From positions 19,083 through 83,082 of the forward strand of contig CAYZXL010000002.1 of the NCBI GenBank assembly GCA_964482435.1: a DNA stretch of 64,000 nt. Reading direction: 5' to 3'. Position 1 is the first letter of the stretch. Each line of letters starts with the position of its first letter. The notes below the pieces were generated by a model. The model saw only the letters and a program-made list of their open reading frames with translations, did no database searches and was not told the origin of the DNA. This stretch comes from an uncultured Verrucomicrobiota bacterium. GTDB taxonomy: Bacteria; Auribacterota; JABMQX01. The translations under genes were made by a program, and so were the position numbers. Shown here in pieces: positions 16,224-26,373 of this stretch.

Positions 16224-19200
16224 GAGATTTGTACATCGAGCGGCCCGCCAGCTTGAATAACTACCGGCTCCTCAAGCTGAATATGCAAACGACCTTCATG
16301 CGCCTCAAACGAACTGGGAATGATTTTGTCGCCCACGCGAACGACGACATCCTTGGCGCCGTCGGGCCACGGAACCTGAAATACCAGTGCCTCGATGCGG
16401 AGCCTGCCAGAGCGGACTTCGATTCGCTCCGTCTGCCGAGTGTCTTCTCGCCGCTGATGAAACAGACCAAAGCCCTCTGCGGCACTGAAAAAGGAGCAAT
16501 GGTCCGCTGGTCGCCAGACAGGTAAGAATCCAATCAAGCCGACAGGCCCGTCGTAAATGTACCCCTGGCACGCCAGCAGCATTGACCAAACGCTCATCGC
16601 CCGCGCGTAGAACTTCCCACACTCATCGTCGCCGAACGGATTGCCGCTGTAGCCCCAGGAGGAGTAATCCCCCGCCGTCATATTCGCCCGCAGGCGTCCG
16701 TCGTAGCGCATTGAGACCGCCCGCACAACCGCGAGTCCTTCGCGCGTCATCCCAGCCTGAACCATCGCAGCCGCTGCCGAGTACTCAAATCCCGTCATAA
16801 CTTCGTCGCTGTACCGCATCACCTTAAACGGCTGTAGCCCTTTTGGCCAGGTAATCATCTGCAATCCCGGATCGCCATCGTCGGCGAACTTGCGAGGTGA
16901 CTGCTTCAGTCCAACGAAATTGCCACGGAAGTTGTGCTTGACGAGGGACCCGAGGGCGGCGCGAACATGGTCTGCCGGATACAGCCAGCCGAGGTCAAGC
17001 TGGTGCGCCCACCATTGCCCGAGCACCTGGTCAATGTGGCAGCCGTCGCCGTAGTCTTCGTTCGGAGTCGCTTCCGGAATCTGGATGTAGTACTCGCCAT
17101 TGAAGAGCGTTTCGTCCTGCTTTTTCTGACCCGAAACCCGAATAGAAGCGTACCGCTTCGCTGTTTCCGGCTCATCTTGCAGCAAAGCCATACGCTCGCC
17201 AGCCGCCAGCGCGGCAAGGCAAAGCGACCCCAGCCACGACGAACTGCCCCCGAGCGCCCCGTCGAGCGTATTCGACTGGGCACCTGCCAGCACGCCATCC
17301 TCGTCCCTATCCCAAGTGCCGATGGTGAAATCCATCGCCTTCTTGATGCTCGGCCAGTGCTCTTTCAGCCATGCACCATCGGGTGACATCAAGTGCTCCC
17401 GATAAGAGTTTAGCACTGCTCCGCACTGTCCATCGAACGCCGGAAACGAGTCCGGCTGACGGTGGGGTATCGCGCCCGTCTCGGGATTCTGGAAACGCAA
17501 TTCCTGCTCGCGCATCCTTCGAGCGATTTCGGGAAACAGTCGGGCGTGTGCCTGGGCGTAGTGCCAGACGTGATTGCAGTTGCCGGGACAGCAGCCGCCC
17601 GTCTGATTGCACCCCTCCCAGCCGCCGAAGTATCCGTCCTTTGCCCAGAAACACGTCCGGCTCCGGAGTACGGCGACCTGCGAGCTGATGCGGTCAAGGA
17701 GCCAGTAGGGCAGGTTTGACGAATAAACCGAGTCGTGGTAGAGCCTTGTCTCAGCCGTCAGCTCATCGAGGTTCTCCTGAAGGTATTGCGCGACCGCCAG
17801 GGCATCCGGCCACCAGTTCGCGTACATGTTCCCGGTGCCATGCCAACCGCCATCACCGTGCCGGGCGTTCGGGAAGTGCCAGGCAAGTGCGAACGTGACC
17901 GCACGCGTCTCGCGCGGGGAAAGAGTGAAACTCACAACGATAGCTCCGTCGAGGGTTTCTCCTTCAGCCGACGGACCAGCCTCCCCAGGACCGGATATCT
18001 TCCCAGTCGCAAATTCGCCCGCCAAGTTCTCCAGACTCTTCCACGACGCGGCGCCCCCTGCTTCTCCGGCGAAAGCCATCAGAGCCATATCTCCGTAGCC
18101 GGGCGAGTCCTTCGGCTTGGCGGACGTCATGTGCAAAATCGTGGCTGTTCCGTCGCGGATAACCCTGTTTTCACTGCCGCCAAAGCCCGAATAACGTCGG
18201 CCTTCGATCGGCTTGTCCGCCAGATAACCCACGACGTTCTGCTGCGAGGCGAGGAATGACACCTCGACGGGCGCGCTCGTCCGATTCGCCGCCGTGAGGC
18301 TAAAGATTGCGCATGGGATTCCGGAGCTCCGCGCGTCGAGCGGCACAAGCGGGTTGAATGTTTCCATCGCGATGTGGACCGGAAGGTCCGCATCGCCAAA
18401 CGTGAACCACCCGAAAGGATACTCACCGCGGAAACTTATGTCCTTCATCGCAGGAAAGGGCCCGACCGGTTCGCCTTGCAGGGCGCGCACCATTGCCGTG
18501 CACTCCGCCCTTTTCACGCGGACAGCGAAAAAGCTGTGCGGCACGACGACATGCTGATGATTGTTGAAAATCTGCCAGATGGCAAGCCGCCCGAGACCGT
18601 CAATCTGTATAAGCCCGCTTCCGATGCCGCCCACCGGAAAACTGATTGCTGTGAGATGCTCGCCGCGGTAAACGGTTGGCTCGCCGCGAGCCATCAGCTC
18701 TTCGCTCCGGAGGATCGCGTCGCGTCGCGCGTTGCGCCTGGCATCGGTCTCGGCGCGGGCTTTTGCTTCCTGCTCGACGCGCTCTCTGACCGCAGCAGCG
18801 AGTTTCAGACGGTGTTCCCTCCGCCCCATGGCATCCACATGCGCCGCGATTTCCACCTCGGAAAGAACCCGGCTGTAAATCACCACTTCGTCTATGCAGC
18901 ATTCCAGTTGCTCTTGCCCCTTCGGCGACGAGGAACCGAGTGATAGCGGCAGGTCGTTCTTACCGAAGTCGAACAGACCGCCGCCACTGATAACCTCGCA
19001 CGGCAGACCGTCCACGTACAGTTTCATCTGCCCAGCGTCGCACGTGAGGGCAACATGGTGCCATTGCCCCTTCTGGAGCCGGACCTCGGGCAACGCATAC
19101 TGAGTCACCGTCTCCCCGTTCCAGACAGCCAGGCACGAATAATCGTTCTGGATGTGCAGGCTGAACCGCGTCTGCCGGTGGTCGCCGTGGTCTCGCTTGG

Positions 19201-19573
19201 CGATGATGCACGGGTTATATTTCATGCCCGCCTTGAAGTTCGGTTGAACCCACAGCTCGACCGTCGTCTCCTTCAAGTCCAGTTCCGGCGTCGCGCCCAT
19301 CGTCACAAACCGCCCTCCTGAAAGCTGAAGCGCCATGCCGCCCGCAAGACCCTCGACGAAATGAGGTTTCCCGCCCAGGGGCTTTCCGTGCGATCCGCCT
19401 TTAGCCTCTTTTAGGTCACGGTGCAACGGCCAGTAAGCCACAAGCGCGGCGTTGCCCAACAACTCCCTCGCATACGCCCCGGACTCCTGGCAAGCTGCCA
19501 TCCTGCCCACAACAAAGCTCAACGCCATCTTGCATGCCAGGCGGGCCGCAAGCCCTTTTTTGGAACGAGTCAT
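16205..19573 (-). CDS. LamG/concanavalin-like domain fused to GH116 (GBA2-type) beta-glucosidase
   Basis: Track ORF was trimmed to the ATG at 19573, which is preceded by GGAGG at 7-nt spacing. The N-terminal part has WHHVALTCDAGQMKLYVDG and IDEVVIYSRVLS (LamG-like). The rest has FPVGGIGSGLIQIDGLGRLAIWQIFNN and GGWEGCNQTGGCCPGNCNHVWHY, typical of GH116. Confidence 0.75.
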   Translation of the reverse strand: MTRSKKGLAARLACKMALSFVVGRMAACQESGAYARELLGNAALVAYWPLHRDLKEAKGGSHGKPLGGKPHFVEGLAGGMALQLSGGRFVTMGATPELDLKETTVELWVQPNFKAGMKYNPCIIAKRDHGDHRQTRFSLHIQNDYSCLAVWNGETVTQYALPEVRLQKGQWHHVALTCDAGQMKLYVDGLPCEVISGGGLFDFGKNDLPLSLGSSSPKGQEQLECCIDEVVIYSRVLSEVEIAAHVDAMGRREHRLKLAAAVRERVEQEAKARAETDARRNARRDAILRSEELMARGEPTVYRGEHLTAISFPVGGIGSGLIQIDGLGRLAIWQIFNNHQHVVVPHSFFAVRVKRAECTAMVRALQGEPVGPFPAMKDISFRGEYPFGWFTFGDADLPVHIAMETFNPLVPLDARSSGIPCAIFSLTAANRTSAPVEVSFLASQQNVVGYLADKPIEGRRYSGFGGSENRVIRDGTATILHMTSAKPKDSPGYGDMALMAFAGEAGGAASWKSLENLAGEFATGKISGPGEAGPSAEGETLDGAIVVSFTLSPRETRAVTFALAWHFPNARHGDGGWHGTGNMYANWWPDALAVAQYLQENLDELTAETRLYHDSVYSSNLPYWLLDRISSQVAVLRSRTCFWAKDGYFGGWEGCNQTGGCCPGNCNHVWHYAQAHARLFPEIARRMREQELRFQNPETGAIPHRQPDSFPAFDGQCGAVLNSYREHLMSPDGAWLKEHWPSIKKAMDFTIGTWDRDEDGVLAGAQSNTLDGALGGSSSWLGSLCLAALAAGERMALLQDEPETAKRYASIRVSGQKKQDETLFNGEYYIQIPEATPNEDYGDGCHIDQVLGQWWAHQLDLGWLYPADHVRAALGSLVKHNFRGNFVGLKQSPRKFADDGDPGLQMITWPKGLQPFKVMRYSDEVMTGFEYSAAAAMVQAGMTREGLAVVRAVSMRYDGRLRANMTAGDYSSWGYSGNPFGDDECGKFYARAMSVWSMLLACQGYIYDGPVGLIGFLPVWRPADHCSFFSAAEGFGLFHQRREDTRQTERIEVRSGRLRIEALVFQVPWPDGAKDVVVRVGDKIIPSSFEAHEGRLHIQLEEPVVIQAGGPLDVQISWRKNQ

Positions 19574-20059
19574 CGTTTTGCCTCCGGGAGATGCTCTGCT
19601 GAGCATTCGTGATTCGGATATTGTTTGCCCACGGGTAAATATATCGGCCATCAACGAACAATGCAACTTTTCAAGGATCGGCAGACTTTGGAGGCATACC
19701 TCTTCGGAGTGAGAGAAACCACCTGAAGGTAGGGAGATATTCGAGCCAGGAGAAATGGCCCCGGCAAGCCATGTCACTTTCAGGCCCTTTCACCATTTTC
19801 AATGTTGCTGATTCCATGTGATTCCTCTAAGCTTCAAAGGGCTTCAAGACAACGGGTCCCTTTCGGAACGAAGGCGACGAACAAACGCCGCTTATCGCTG
19901 AATGTGCCCGGTGGGCAACCCTTTTGAAGCTACGGGCCCCCAATTCGTCAGGGGCTTTCGGATGCTTAAGTCTTATGCAGTCCTCAAGGCTTTTCGTGCT
20001 GGCAATCGGACGTATTTCAACTGGACATGAACGCGACACAGTTTTAGAGGAGGTGCAAG

Positions 20060-20905
20060 ATGATTGAGCTGGGACTTCACACGGACAACTGGCGCCCCTT
20101 GAGTGGCAGCTTCCGCATAGCTGCGGAAACGGCAGTCAAGTACGGACTGAAGCACATCGAATTCTCTGTAATCCATGGGCAGTATTTCATCCAGGCGATG
20201 GGGTACGAGCCGGGGATTTCTCTCCAGTCGAACCCCCGTGCCCTGCGGCGTTACTGTGAGCAAAAGGGCCTGATGGTTTCTCAGATTGACGGTTCGTATC
20301 CGTTGATGGGACCTGACGGCTCAACGTTTGGCGTTCAGTACGTCCAGCAGTCCATCCGCTTCGCTGCTGAGCTTGGCTGCCCGATGGTGGACACCGTGGA
20401 CGGAGCCATGGAGATTGAGGGATTGAGCAGGGAGGAGGTGTTCCACCTCACTTGCACCAATTATCGGCAGTGCCTCTCGTGGGCGGAGGACTACGGAGTC
20501 ATCATTAACGTTGAACCGCACGGGCCCTACACCACCGATGTTGAGTTCATGGAGCGACTTTTCTCGTACTTCGACTCGGAATACCTTCGGCTCAACCTCG
20601 ACACGGGCAACACCTTCATCGCCGGCAAAGACCCCCTCGAGTACCTGAAACAACTCCGGAAATATCTCTCCCATGCCCATATCAAGGACGTCAGCAAAGA
20701 ACTGGCGGATGCGGTCCGCGGGGCTGAAACCGGAATTGCGTGCAGTATGGTCCCCCTCGGCGGCGGCGTGAACGCAGAGAACATCAAGAAGTGTTTCGAC
20801 TACCTCAAGAAGACGAAGTGGAGCGGCGTGGTTTCCATCGAGTGCTACGGCACCGACGACAATATTCGCCGGAGCACCGAATTTCTGCGCGGCTTGCTAA
20901 AGTAA
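20060..20905 (+). CDS. Sugar phosphate isomerase/epimerase (xylose isomerase-like TIM barrel)
   Basis: 281-aa ORF whose ATG is preceded by AGGAGG. INVEPHG, LNLDTGN and HAHIKD are typical of AP-endonuclease-2/xylose-isomerase-like TIM barrels. Confidence 0.85.
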   Translation: MIELGLHTDNWRPLSGSFRIAAETAVKYGLKHIEFSVIHGQYFIQAMGYEPGISLQSNPRALRRYCEQKGLMVSQIDGSYPLMGPDGSTFGVQYVQQSIRFAAELGCPMVDTVDGAMEIEGLSREEVFHLTCTNYRQCLSWAEDYGVIINVEPHGPYTTDVEFMERLFSYFDSEYLRLNLDTGNTFIAGKDPLEYLKQLRKYLSHAHIKDVSKELADAVRGAETGIACSMVPLGGGVNAENIKKCFDYLKKTKWSGVVSIECYGTDDNIRRSTEFLRGLLK

Positions 20906-21037
20906 TATCGGACGGCAAGAAGCGCCTGGCATGCTGACTACGCCCGTGAGGAGGCTCCCGGCGAACGGTGTGCACTGAGCCGCTCACCGGGAGCATCACT
21001 GTGGTAGTCGCGGAGAGAGCCGCGCGTCACGCCGCGG

Positions 21038-22243
21038 TCATGCTTTCAAACCCTTCGCGTTGAATTCGAGCTTGGCGTTGGCTCGTATCATTTCGTCCCA
21101 GGTCACGACTTTCCCGGAGTAGGCGGCGGTGCGTCCCAGGACGCTCGTCAGGTTCGATCGCACGGAAGGCGCAACCGTCGTGTTGGCGCAATGGCCTTCA
21201 GTGACAAAATGGTAGAAATCCTCGATGTTGGTCAGGGCGCCATTCGTGAAAAGCTCGTCGAGCTTTCCGCCTTCGTACGGCTTATTGCCCACTATGAACA
21301 ACTCTCCGAAATAGTCCGTGTGGACCATGCCCTCCGAGCCGAATATCCGGCATCGGATTTCGTCTCTCACGCCCGGAATCATCTTCACGGATGTGAACGT
21401 CAAAATGACGTCGTTCGGGAACCAGTACGTTACAGAGAAATGGTCCCAGATGTTGCCGAATTTGCGGATGCCGCGGCCGCCCGTGCCGAAGGCGCGAACG
21501 GGGTCGGCATTGATGAACCATGTAGCCACGTCGAGGGTGTGAATGTCCTGCTCGACTATCACGTCGCCGGATAAAGCGAGAGTGCAGTACCATTGCCGAA
21601 GACGTTCCTCGGGGTCGCTTGAGTCGGTCGCCGAACCGCTCCCCGCCCACGGGTAATGAGCCTCGCCGCACACCAGCTTGCCGATCTCGCCGCTGTGGAC
21701 GCGGCGCGCCGCCTCGCGGTACAAATCATTTGCCCTGGTCTGGAAATCCACCAGGAAAACCAGTTTTTTTGCCGTGGCCCTTTTGCCCGACTCCGCTATG
21801 CTCAGGCAGCCAGGCACGTCCACAGCCACGGGCTTGGCAGTAAAAACGTGTTTGCCGGCGTCAACGGCTGAAGCCGCCTGCTCCGGGTGAAAGTACGGAG
21901 GAGTCTCGATTGCGACGGCGTCGAGCTTGCTTTCGAGAAGCCGCTTGTAGCCCGAAAGAGCTGAGTAGCGCCGGTTGGACGGAATTTCAAACCGGCTTCC
22001 CAGGGCGTCAACGCGGTCTTGAAAATAATCCGCGCAAGCAACCAATCGGTACTTCCCGGTTTTCTGGAAAAGCCTCGCAATCCATGTCCCGCGGCCGCCG
22101 CAGCCAATCATGCCCATCTCGATCGCCGAGTTTGCCTGTGCTCCGCGAATCAGCGAGGGCTTCAAAACGGCGAAAGTGCTTGCCGCCGCACCCGCGAGAA
22201 ACGCTCGCCTTCCTAACCTGATCGAGTCGTTCTTCTCTGCCAT
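21038..22243 (-). CDS. Gfo/Idh/MocA family oxidoreductase with Tat signal
   Basis: Trimmed to the ATG at 22243, preceded by GAGGAG. It has a twin-arginine motif GRRAFLAGAAAS followed by the Rossmann segment MGMIGCGGRG. Confidence 0.85.
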   Translation of the reverse strand: MAEKNDSIRLGRRAFLAGAAASTFAVLKPSLIRGAQANSAIEMGMIGCGGRGTWIARLFQKTGKYRLVACADYFQDRVDALGSRFEIPSNRRYSALSGYKRLLESKLDAVAIETPPYFHPEQAASAVDAGKHVFTAKPVAVDVPGCLSIAESGKRATAKKLVFLVDFQTRANDLYREAARRVHSGEIGKLVCGEAHYPWAGSGSATDSSDPEERLRQWYCTLALSGDVIVEQDIHTLDVATWFINADPVRAFGTGGRGIRKFGNIWDHFSVTYWFPNDVILTFTSVKMIPGVRDEIRCRIFGSEGMVHTDYFGELFIVGNKPYEGGKLDELFTNGALTNIEDFYHFVTEGHCANTTVAPSVRSNLTSVLGRTAAYSGKVVTWDEMIRANAKLEFNAKGLKA

Positions 22244-22378
22244 TTGCGTCTCCTCGAATTCTCGTTGCGGTTGATGTTTCAACTCCGGTTTTTCGTCGCC
22301 ACCGTTTCGCCGGACATCGTGCCGGCGGAGGGCCCAAGTCAAATTGGGGGCAGACAGGCTGCCGGATGCTCCGCCCTT

Positions 22379-23293
22379 TCACGGGAGGAACTGCTTGAGA
22401 AAACGTCCGCTCTGCCGCAGCGCCGCTTTGCGCGTTTCGAGCGAGGCTTCGTACGCGCGGTCTTCCACCTCGATGCAGACCGGCCCGCGGTATCCCACGT
22501 CGCTCAAAACAGACAGCAGCCGGCCCCAGTTCACGTCGCCAAGCCCGGGCAGCTTTGGCGTGTGGAATTGCAGGGGCGTTGCGAGAATGCCTACGTCGTC
22601 GAGCCTGTGCTTGTCAACCCGCGCGTCTTTCGCATGCACGTGGAAGATGCGTTTTCCGAACTCCCAGATCGGTTTTACGTAGTCCATCTGCTGCCAGACC
22701 AAATGCGAGGGATCGAAGTTCAACCCGAAGTTCTCGCTGGGGATTTCCTCGAACATGCGCCTCCAGACAGCCGGGGAGTGGGCGAGGTTCTTTCCCCCCG
22801 GCCATTCGTCCTTCGTGAAAAGCATCGGACAGTTTTCGATGCCTATTCGCACGCCCCGGTCCTCGGCAAATTTCACCAGGGGCTTCCAGACCTTTTTGAA
22901 CTGTGGCCAGTTGTCGTCCACCGACTTCGTCCAGTCGCGGCCAATGAACGTGTTGATAAGGTTTAACCCTAACAGACTCGACGCCGAGATGACCTTCTTC
23001 AGGTGGTCAATGTAAACCTTCGCCTCGCTTGGGTCGGGTGCGAGGGGGTTGGGATAATACCCAAGTCCGCTAATTTCGACGCCCGCAGATTCCAAAACCT
23101 CGTTGACTCTTTTTGCGTCGCTCTTCTTGAAGTCAGCGACGTCAATATGCGTGACCCCTGCGTAGCGTCGCTCAGCCTTGCCTTTCGGCCAGCACATTAT
23201 TTCCACGCAAGAAAAACCTTCACCCGCCGCGAACCGGACAACTTCCTCCAACTCCAAATCCGGCAAAATCGCGCTTACAAAACCAAGCTTCAT
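22379..23293 (-). CDS. Sugar phosphate isomerase/epimerase (xylose isomerase-like TIM barrel)
   Basis: Trimmed to the ATG at 23293, which overlaps the TGA of the upstream gene (ATGA). The sequence contains [17 protein letters not shown] and HVHAKD. Confidence 0.85.
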   Translation of the reverse strand: MKLGFVSAILPDLELEEVVRFAAGEGFSCVEIMCWPKGKAERRYAGVTHIDVADFKKSDAKRVNEVLESAGVEISGLGYYPNPLAPDPSEAKVYIDHLKKVISASSLLGLNLINTFIGRDWTKSVDDNWPQFKKVWKPLVKFAEDRGVRIGIENCPMLFTKDEWPGGKNLAHSPAVWRRMFEEIPSENFGLNFDPSHLVWQQMDYVKPIWEFGKRIFHVHAKDARVDKHRLDDVGILATPLQFHTPKLPGLGDVNWGRLLSVLSDVGYRGPVCIEVEDRAYEASLETRKAALRQSGRFLKQFLP

Positions 23294-24453
23294 GGCAGTC
23301 CTCCTTTCAGTTTGACCCATCCGCCTTCACGGTGGCTTTTCAAAATGGCTTCACAAAGCACGATCTCCCGATGACCATCCGAAAACGTCGGAAAAGTCGG
23401 CGCCGTCGAGAAATCGCCCGCTTTTATGTATTCATAGAAGTCACGAAAGCACTGTTTGAACGTATCCGGGAATCCCTCGTTGTGCCCGCCTGGGTAACTG
23501 ATGAACCGCCGCGCGGCATCCGAAACTAATGCCGGGTCGCGGATAAGCTCCTCGTTGGCTTTCTCGCGGTGACCGACCCACAGTCCGTTGGGTTGCTCGC
23601 TGCACCATGCAAGGGCGCGCCTGGAGCCCGCGACCTCGAACCGCAGACAGTTCTTCCGTCCCGCCGTCACCTGCGACACCCACAGGCATCCCCGTGCCCC
23701 GCCCCGAAACCGAATCATCACGCAGCCGTAGTCTTCAGTGCTTATTGTGACGGGCTCCGTTTTGGTCGCTCCTGCTTTCCCCTTTCCTTTGAAGGTCTGC
23801 ACCTCTCCTTTCGGACGTCGTCGTACTGGATGAACCGTCTTGAGGTCGGCACAGACGGCCTCTATCTTGAGGCCGGTTATCGCCTGCACGAGGTCGAGCC
23901 AATGCGTTCCGATGTCGGCTACGGCGCGCAGCTCCCCACCCTCTTCCGCCAACACCCGCCAGTTGTAGTCTGTGCTGTAGAACAGCCAATCCTGGACGTA
24001 GCTGCCGCACACGGAGTAGATTTCTCCGACCTCCCCGCGCCGCACAATCTCCGCTGCCTCAATGCACAACGGATAGTAGCGAATGTTGTAATTCACCCCC
24101 GCAGCCAGTTTTGTACGCCGAGCAAGCTTGACAAGGTCCGCCGATTCCGCCGAGTTCATTGCCAACGGCTTCTCGCACATAACGTGCTTACCGGCCAGAA
24201 GCGCCTGTCTGGCCATTTCGTGGTGCAGCCGGTTGGGCGTTGCGATGTGAACTGCCCGGGCCTCTTCATCTTTCAGTGCCTCTTCAAAGCTCTGATAAGC
24301 CCGTGGCAAATGCAGATTCTCCGCTGCGGCACGCGACTCCTCCTCCGAGACGCCGAGCACACCGGTGACTTTCACGCCGATTCTCTGCAAAGCCTCCACG
24401 TGCACCGGACCAATAAATCCGGCGCCTATCACAGCTGCACCTATTTCGGGCAT
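23290..24453 (-). CDS. Gfo/Idh/MocA family oxidoreductase
   Basis: Trimmed to the ATG at 24453, preceded by GGAGGG. It has the N-terminal [14 protein letters not shown] Rossmann motif and an EKP motif (VMCEKPLA). Confidence 0.85.
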   Translation of the reverse strand: MPEIGAAVIGAGFIGPVHVEALQRIGVKVTGVLGVSEEESRAAAENLHLPRAYQSFEEALKDEEARAVHIATPNRLHHEMARQALLAGKHVMCEKPLAMNSAESADLVKLARRTKLAAGVNYNIRYYPLCIEAAEIVRRGEVGEIYSVCGSYVQDWLFYSTDYNWRVLAEEGGELRAVADIGTHWLDLVQAITGLKIEAVCADLKTVHPVRRRPKGEVQTFKGKGKAGATKTEPVTISTEDYGCVMIRFRGGARGCLWVSQVTAGRKNCLRFEVAGSRRALAWCSEQPNGLWVGHREKANEELIRDPALVSDAARRFISYPGGHNEGFPDTFKQCFRDFYEYIKAGDFSTAPTFPTFSDGHREIVLCEAILKSHREGGWVKLKGGLP

Positions 24454-24836
24454 GAACCCTCCATCCATTGAGCGAGGAAACACCGACCGGTTAAGAGTCT
24501 GCACGGATTCCCTCTCCGTGTCAACTCCCGCGGGCGGGAGAGTTGGGCTTTGTGCGCATGGCACGTCATGAACTCATTCCGGTTTTCACGCATCGGCACG
24601 ACCCAAGCGCGAATACGCACCTGGCCCCTTCCGCTGTCGGCTTTAGCAGGACGGGGTCATGGCCCTGGGGCAGGTTGGTATGCAGTTCGGCGATGAAGAC
24701 CGGCGAGGCAGCCGCGCCGTTTCCGCCACCGGCCGGGGTAGGGGAGCCCGCCGCGCCAACGCGACCCTTCCTTCGCGATAGTTCAACCGTCGTCGTCACT
24801 AACGAGTGCGTCCGCCTTCGCGGGGAATCCTGCTCA

Positions 24837-26147
24837 TCAAACCGGCTCGGGCAGCTCGTACCCCTTCCTCCTGGGCCGGCTGACGTACGCGTTGGCCTCG
24901 TCGTCTCCTGGGAAGGTTTCCCTTTCGGGGTCCCACCGGACTTTGCGGCCAATTTCGCGGGCGATGTTGGCCAAATGGCAAACAGTGATCGAGCGGTGGC
25001 CAATTTCCACGTCTGCATTGGGCTTCTCGCGCGTCTTGACGCTCATGAGCCAGTTCTGAATGTGCTGCTGGGCGTTCCAATCAGGACCTTCCCAGATTCT
25101 CGCGGCCTCGGTGTCGGGGCGATTCTTGACAAAATCGGGCGGATCGGTCGTGAAAGTGTTCCGGTCAATAGTCATCTTGCACTTCTCGCCGGTGAAAACT
25201 GCCCCACCCAACGGGCCATTGTCCAGTTCATAGCGAACCTCGACGCCGTTGGCGTACCGCATGGCGACTTTCCCGGAAGGGCCTTCGGTGAGGGGCCATA
25301 TCTCGACCGGCCCGCTCTGGCTCATTCCGAGCGCCCACTGAACCTGGTCACAGCCATGAGCGCCCCAGTTCGTCATTTCGCCGCCGGAGTAATCGCGCCA
25401 CTGCATCCAGCCAAACTGAAGCTCCTTGTTGAATGGTCGAGCGGGGGCTTGCCCTTGCCACGCGTCCCAGTCGTCCCCTTCGGGAATTGGCTGCTCGGGG
25501 AGACCCGCGTAGCGCTTCGGCCCAGGATAATTCACCCCCTGGACGAGCGTAACCTTGCCGATGCCGCCGTTGCGAACCAGTTCGCACGCGAACCTGTTCA
25601 TTTCCATCGTCCGCTGCTGCGAGCCGACCTGGAAAACCCGCTTGTATTTGCGCGCCGCGTTGACGAGAGGACGTCCCTCCGCGATGGTCAACGTCAGCGG
25701 TTTCTCTGCGTAAACGTCGAGGCCCGCCTGGCAGGCGCGGATGCACGGCAGAACACGCCCATGATCGGTCGTGGCTACGATAACTGCGTCGAGCTTCTCC
25801 CCGTCGAGCATCTTGCGATAGTCCTGGTAAGTCGCCCACTTTGTCTTGACGAAGTCCGCCCACCTCGTTTTGCACATCTCGAGCGTGATCTCCATGTTCT
25901 TGATATAGCAATCGGAGATGGCTACAACCTGGCCTTGCTTGAGGTCTTTAACCACGAACCCCGTGAGCTGCCTTCCGCGATTTCCTATGCCAATGACCCC
26001 GATGACCACGCGATCGCTCGGCGCGGGATTGGCTGCCGAGCTCCCCGCCCCGGATGAAAGAATCCATGGTGCCGCGGCGCCGCTGGCTGCTGCCGCCGCA
26101 GTTTGCTTCAAGAAACACCGCCTTGAGATTTTCTTGCGAAGAGCCAT
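24837..26147 (-). CDS. Gfo/Idh/MocA family oxidoreductase with Tat signal
   Basis: Trimmed to the ATG at 26147, with GGAGG 7 nt upstream. It has a twin-arginine SRRCFLKQTAAAAAS, then IGVIGIGNRG and VYAEKPL. Confidence 0.85.
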   Translation of the reverse strand: MALRKKISRRCFLKQTAAAAASGAAAPWILSSGAGSSAANPAPSDRVVIGVIGIGNRGRQLTGFVVKDLKQGQVVAISDCYIKNMEITLEMCKTRWADFVKTKWATYQDYRKMLDGEKLDAVIVATTDHGRVLPCIRACQAGLDVYAEKPLTLTIAEGRPLVNAARKYKRVFQVGSQQRTMEMNRFACELVRNGGIGKVTLVQGVNYPGPKRYAGLPEQPIPEGDDWDAWQGQAPARPFNKELQFGWMQWRDYSGGEMTNWGAHGCDQVQWALGMSQSGPVEIWPLTEGPSGKVAMRYANGVEVRYELDNGPLGGAVFTGEKCKMTIDRNTFTTDPPDFVKNRPDTEAARIWEGPDWNAQQHIQNWLMSVKTREKPNADVEIGHRSITVCHLANIAREIGRKVRWDPERETFPGDDEANAYVSRPRRKGYELPEPV

Positions 26148-26373
26148 TTCCATACCTCCATCAGTGGTGATACGCATTCTATTCCTATTTTCGTTGGATT
26201 TTTCGCGTGACACAAGCGTTTCTTTTCCCCTGGTGGGGTTGCAGTCCAGCGGTTGCGCGGAAACATCGCCCTTGAGGAGCCCCTTTGCTCGCTTCTCGGC
26301 AACGATCCGGCCGCTGACATTGCCGTCGAGCTAAGGGCAGGGGCGTTCCGTCGGCGGAATGGAGTTGACCCTT

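Noticed and set aside
24543-26057. Very long ORFs antisense to well-supported genes. Examples are 24543..26057 (+, 504 aa), 45514..46632 (+, 372 aa), 57419..58450 (+, 343 aa), 14619..15572 (+, 317 aa), 23569..24471 (+, 300 aa) and 33191..34030 (-, 279 aa).
   Set aside because: Each lies opposite a gene with clear family motifs (Gfo/Idh/MocA, aldo/keto reductase, catalase, MBL). Their translations are Arg/Pro/Gly/Ala-rich with no recognisable motifs. This is the expected shadow-ORF artefact in GC-rich DNA.
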